From NCBI GenBank assembly GCA_009914755.4, contig CP068257.2, positions 27,520,001 to 27,584,000 on the forward strand: 64,000 bases of DNA, in the 5' to 3' direction. This document shows positions 60,656 to 64,000 of this stretch, piece after piece. The translations under genes were made by a program, and so were the position numbers. Under the pieces are notes generated by a model. It did no database searches. It had not been told where the DNA came from and was given only the letters and a program-made list of their open reading frames with translations. The first letter of the stretch is position 1. Each line of letters begins with the position of its first letter. This DNA comes from the human T2T-CHM13v2.0 reference genome, Homo sapiens.

Positions 60656-63600
60656 CCTGTGTATGGGAAAACAAGCCCTTAGTCTTTCCACTTCCTATTT
60701 GTCCCCTGACCCTTCTTCTATACCGTATACTCCATTTCAACCTTCCAATGCCGTTTACCATGTTCTGGATCTCCCATGCCTTGTAAATCCTGACAACATT
60801 TGTGTGTCTTTTGTCCTAGACCTTTGGGCTTCACTTTCTACTCACTGCCAAGAAAAAGTAATTCCCGATAGTGTTCTTGTTGGGGGTAAAAAGACATTCT
60901 TATGTGGTATCTCTCAGGCACCAAATGTACACCTTCTTTGCTCTCTTCAGTTCACACCACATAGACAAGCCTATAAAGAATTCCTTCTAGGAGGTTATTT
61001 GACATCTATTGAATTGGTTTTGGGGGCTCAGCCAAAAATAAGATAACGGAAAAATTTTATTTCATACCCTATTATATAGTAAATATTGTCCAGATTTAAT
61101 AAACGATGTTTCTATTCTTTGCAAGTAGAATTATTTATCAGTAAATCCTAAGTGGCTTTTTAAAAATGACTAGAGTTTCCTGGAGACTAAAGCTTTCACA
61201 CAAGTTTAATTTTAAAGCTTTTCATTATTTTCTTTGTCTTCATTAGTCTTTAAGCAGCAAGTTCTCATTATAAACTAAACCATGCAAAGCGTGTAATATA
61301 CAAGACACTCCTCCCGCTCCCTTGCAGCCGGAGGCATCCATGAACTTAGTAAAGATTGTTTCAGCAGAAATGCAAAAAGAGTCCATTTTTGGCCTTTGGC
61401 TGCAAAAAAGTCCCTTGAATCCTCCCAATTTTTTTTCAGCACTTTCATTGGTTAATTCCTACTCGTTAAAAAAAATTACTTGAGGTAAGACTGCTATACA
61501 AAAAGCCATACATAGTTAATGTGTACAACTTAATGAGTTTGGAGATTAGTATATACCCATGAAACCATCACCACAATCTATGGTACAAACCTATTCGTCA
61601 CCTCCGAAAGTTTCCATCTACCCTCTTCATTTATTATTATTATATTTTTGGTGATAAGAATCCTTAACATGAAAAATACTCTTAGTAGGTTTGTAAGTAT
61701 ACAATACAATATTGTTAGGTTATGCAACATAAAAAATACTACTCATTTTTTATCACTTGGCTCTGGTCTCATCTCTCCATAATGCCTTTGCCAGTTTCTA
61801 CTAAGTTCTCCTATTTTGACTTGATAGTATTAATGCATACCCTTATCTCAGTACTTCATATGCACCTTGAAATTATCCGTGTTACCTCTTTCTCAGTCCT
61901 TACAATGTTCTCGGAAGGAACCATGTCTTACTCTTCTTTGTTACCCCTCTTCCAAAGTGCCTATCACATAGTAGGTGCTCAATAAATGTTTATTGAATAG
62001 AGAGAAATAGGTAAGATTAGGATCCATTTCTGATCACATTTTACAAGCAACAAAACTAACGCTCTCCAGGAATGGGCAAACTATTTCAGTAAAGGGCCAG
62101 AGAGTAAATATGTTATGCTTTGTTGGCCATCTGGACTCTTTCACAACTACTTAACTCTGCTGTTGTAGCAGGACAGCAGCCATAGACAATCTGTAAATGA
62201 CTGGGTGCGGCTGTGTTCCAATGAAACTTTATTTACAAAACAGATGGCACACAGATTTGCTTCTAAGGCTCTAGTTTGCAGCTTCTCCTCTACTAAACTA
62301 AGAGTGGTTTACTGACTTAGTTTCACATCTAGAGTATATTTGTGTATGGCAAAACTCAAAGTCTTTTTACATAGTTGAATGATAGTATATTGTGGTGGAA
62401 TAGTAATCTGCTCAATAGTTTGCTAGTGGTCTAAAGATCTGATGTTCAATCAAAGATGTGTAATTTACTACTAAGAGGAAGCAAGTTAAGCCTCACTAAT
62501 TCTAATGTACTTGTGAGTGGAAAGATACAATGAATATCATGTTAAGAAAATAGTACACGTTTAAGAACAATCTGTTCCCCTATGGTCTCCTAGGTCATCA
62601 AGAGAATGGACTCTTTAATGGACAAGAATTATGTGCTCAGTAAAATGGTAATATTGGCTCTGCCTGTCAAAGGAAGCGTTCATTATTCACAGGTGTATAT
62701 TTATCAGCATCTTCCTGAGTTGATGCCTGTTTCCCAACCATTTCTTGGCATTAAAGACTTCCTCTGGTAGGTCTATCTCCTCACAGGGCTCCATGTGGTC
62801 CAGGCTGGATCTTTGCATATATGGCTTTTCCCACCAGGATGTGGGGGTGTTAGAGGATAGATTCCAAGATCTCCAAGGTCCCAAGCAGTCCTCAAATTTA
62901 TTAGCTATTATCTCTTTTCAAATGCATCTTTTCCATGCGAGCCCCTTTTGGCTTGAAACATTATCTAAGTTTAAATTAGCTGTTTCTTCTCTGACCTCAA
63001 GTTGCTGCAACACATATGGCAGGATTATCTTGGCTATTAATCTGATCTCTGTGTAATTCCCTCTCCTTCTGTTTCTTACCTTCAGTGAATCCAGGGGCAC
63101 CCGTAAACTCTAATCACACATTGATCTAAGCATTTCAGATACTTGCTTGTAAAGACTACCTGAACCTGGGGCTGAGACTGTGAGGAGAAGATGGAAGAGG
63201 GGTGATTGGGATATGAGAGAAAAGTGTGGAGGCAACAGATTTTTCGGAGTGAAGCCAGGAAGTAGAAGGAGGACCAGGAAGTAGAAGGAGGACCGGGAAA
63301 TGGAAGGAGTGCCAGGAAGTGGAAGGAGTCAATGCCACACTGTGCTTGAAATCAACTTGCCCTCAGTGACTCAATGCCCGTGGACAACACACCATCTAAA
63401 AGTGTTGGGTCCTTATTTGTCCCCTGAACAGAAGGTAGGCTTCTTGGTTGCCTTGTCAGGGCAGAAAGCGTGGAAGAAAAACATGGTATCCTGGCCTACA
63501 TGCAGCTGATCAGAACAGCTGGGAATTTCCCTGTGAGATGGAACAACTCTGGACCTACCACTGCTGTTACCCGCACTGCTTCGCCTTTAATGGTTGTTAT

Positions 63601-63658
63601 TTCTCATGGGTTAGTCTTGTTTTTAGTTACTATTTTATGAAGAAATTCCTTCCTCTCA

Positions 63659-64000
<342 letters not shown>

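Noticed and set aside
59691-60761. Many long ORFs (up to 296 aa) that are Cys/Val/Leu-rich on the minus strand and Thr/His/Gln-rich on the plus strand
   Set aside because: They all lie on the CA-rich minisatellite. The composition is pure repeat translation (CVCVC..., THTQTDT...), and they have no splice signals or start context.

Overview
This window is human/primate nuclear genomic DNA, not a prokaryotic locus. I found no operons, CRISPR arrays, rRNA or tRNA genes. It is AT-rich and densely populated with interspersed repeats.

Repeats
- About 23 Alu SINEs on both strands. Many have intact target-site duplications (TSDs), and one is a near-consensus AluY.
- Several L1 LINE fragments. One is a composite block of about 5 kb with nested insertions.
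- MaLR (THE1/MST/MLT-type) LTRs.
- hAT-type MER5/MER20-like DNA-transposon relics and two palindromic MITE copies.
- Microsatellites, several of them born from Alu poly-A tails.
- A CA-rich minisatellite of about 790 bp at 59.87-60.66 kb.

Protein-coding signal
- The only convincing coding signal is on the + strand. Two exons, 6559-6674 and 21326-21506, join in perfect phase across a 14.65-kb repeat-filled intron.
- Together they encode the last 98 residues of a leucine-zipper/coiled-coil protein: ...[98 protein letters not shown].
- A 3' UTR with AATAAA signals follows. I cannot name the gene from memory.

Other points for follow-up
- A CpG-rich non-repetitive segment at about 2.0-2.6 kb, a possible internal promoter.
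- A CpG-retaining, TAAT-rich non-repetitive block at about 26.7-27.1 kb, a possible conserved element or exon.
- Local segmental duplications around 7.9-10.9 kb.
- Nested transposon-in-transposon structures.

All other ORFs in the supplied six-frame track lie in Alu, L1, LTR or simple-repeat sequence and are judged artefacts.
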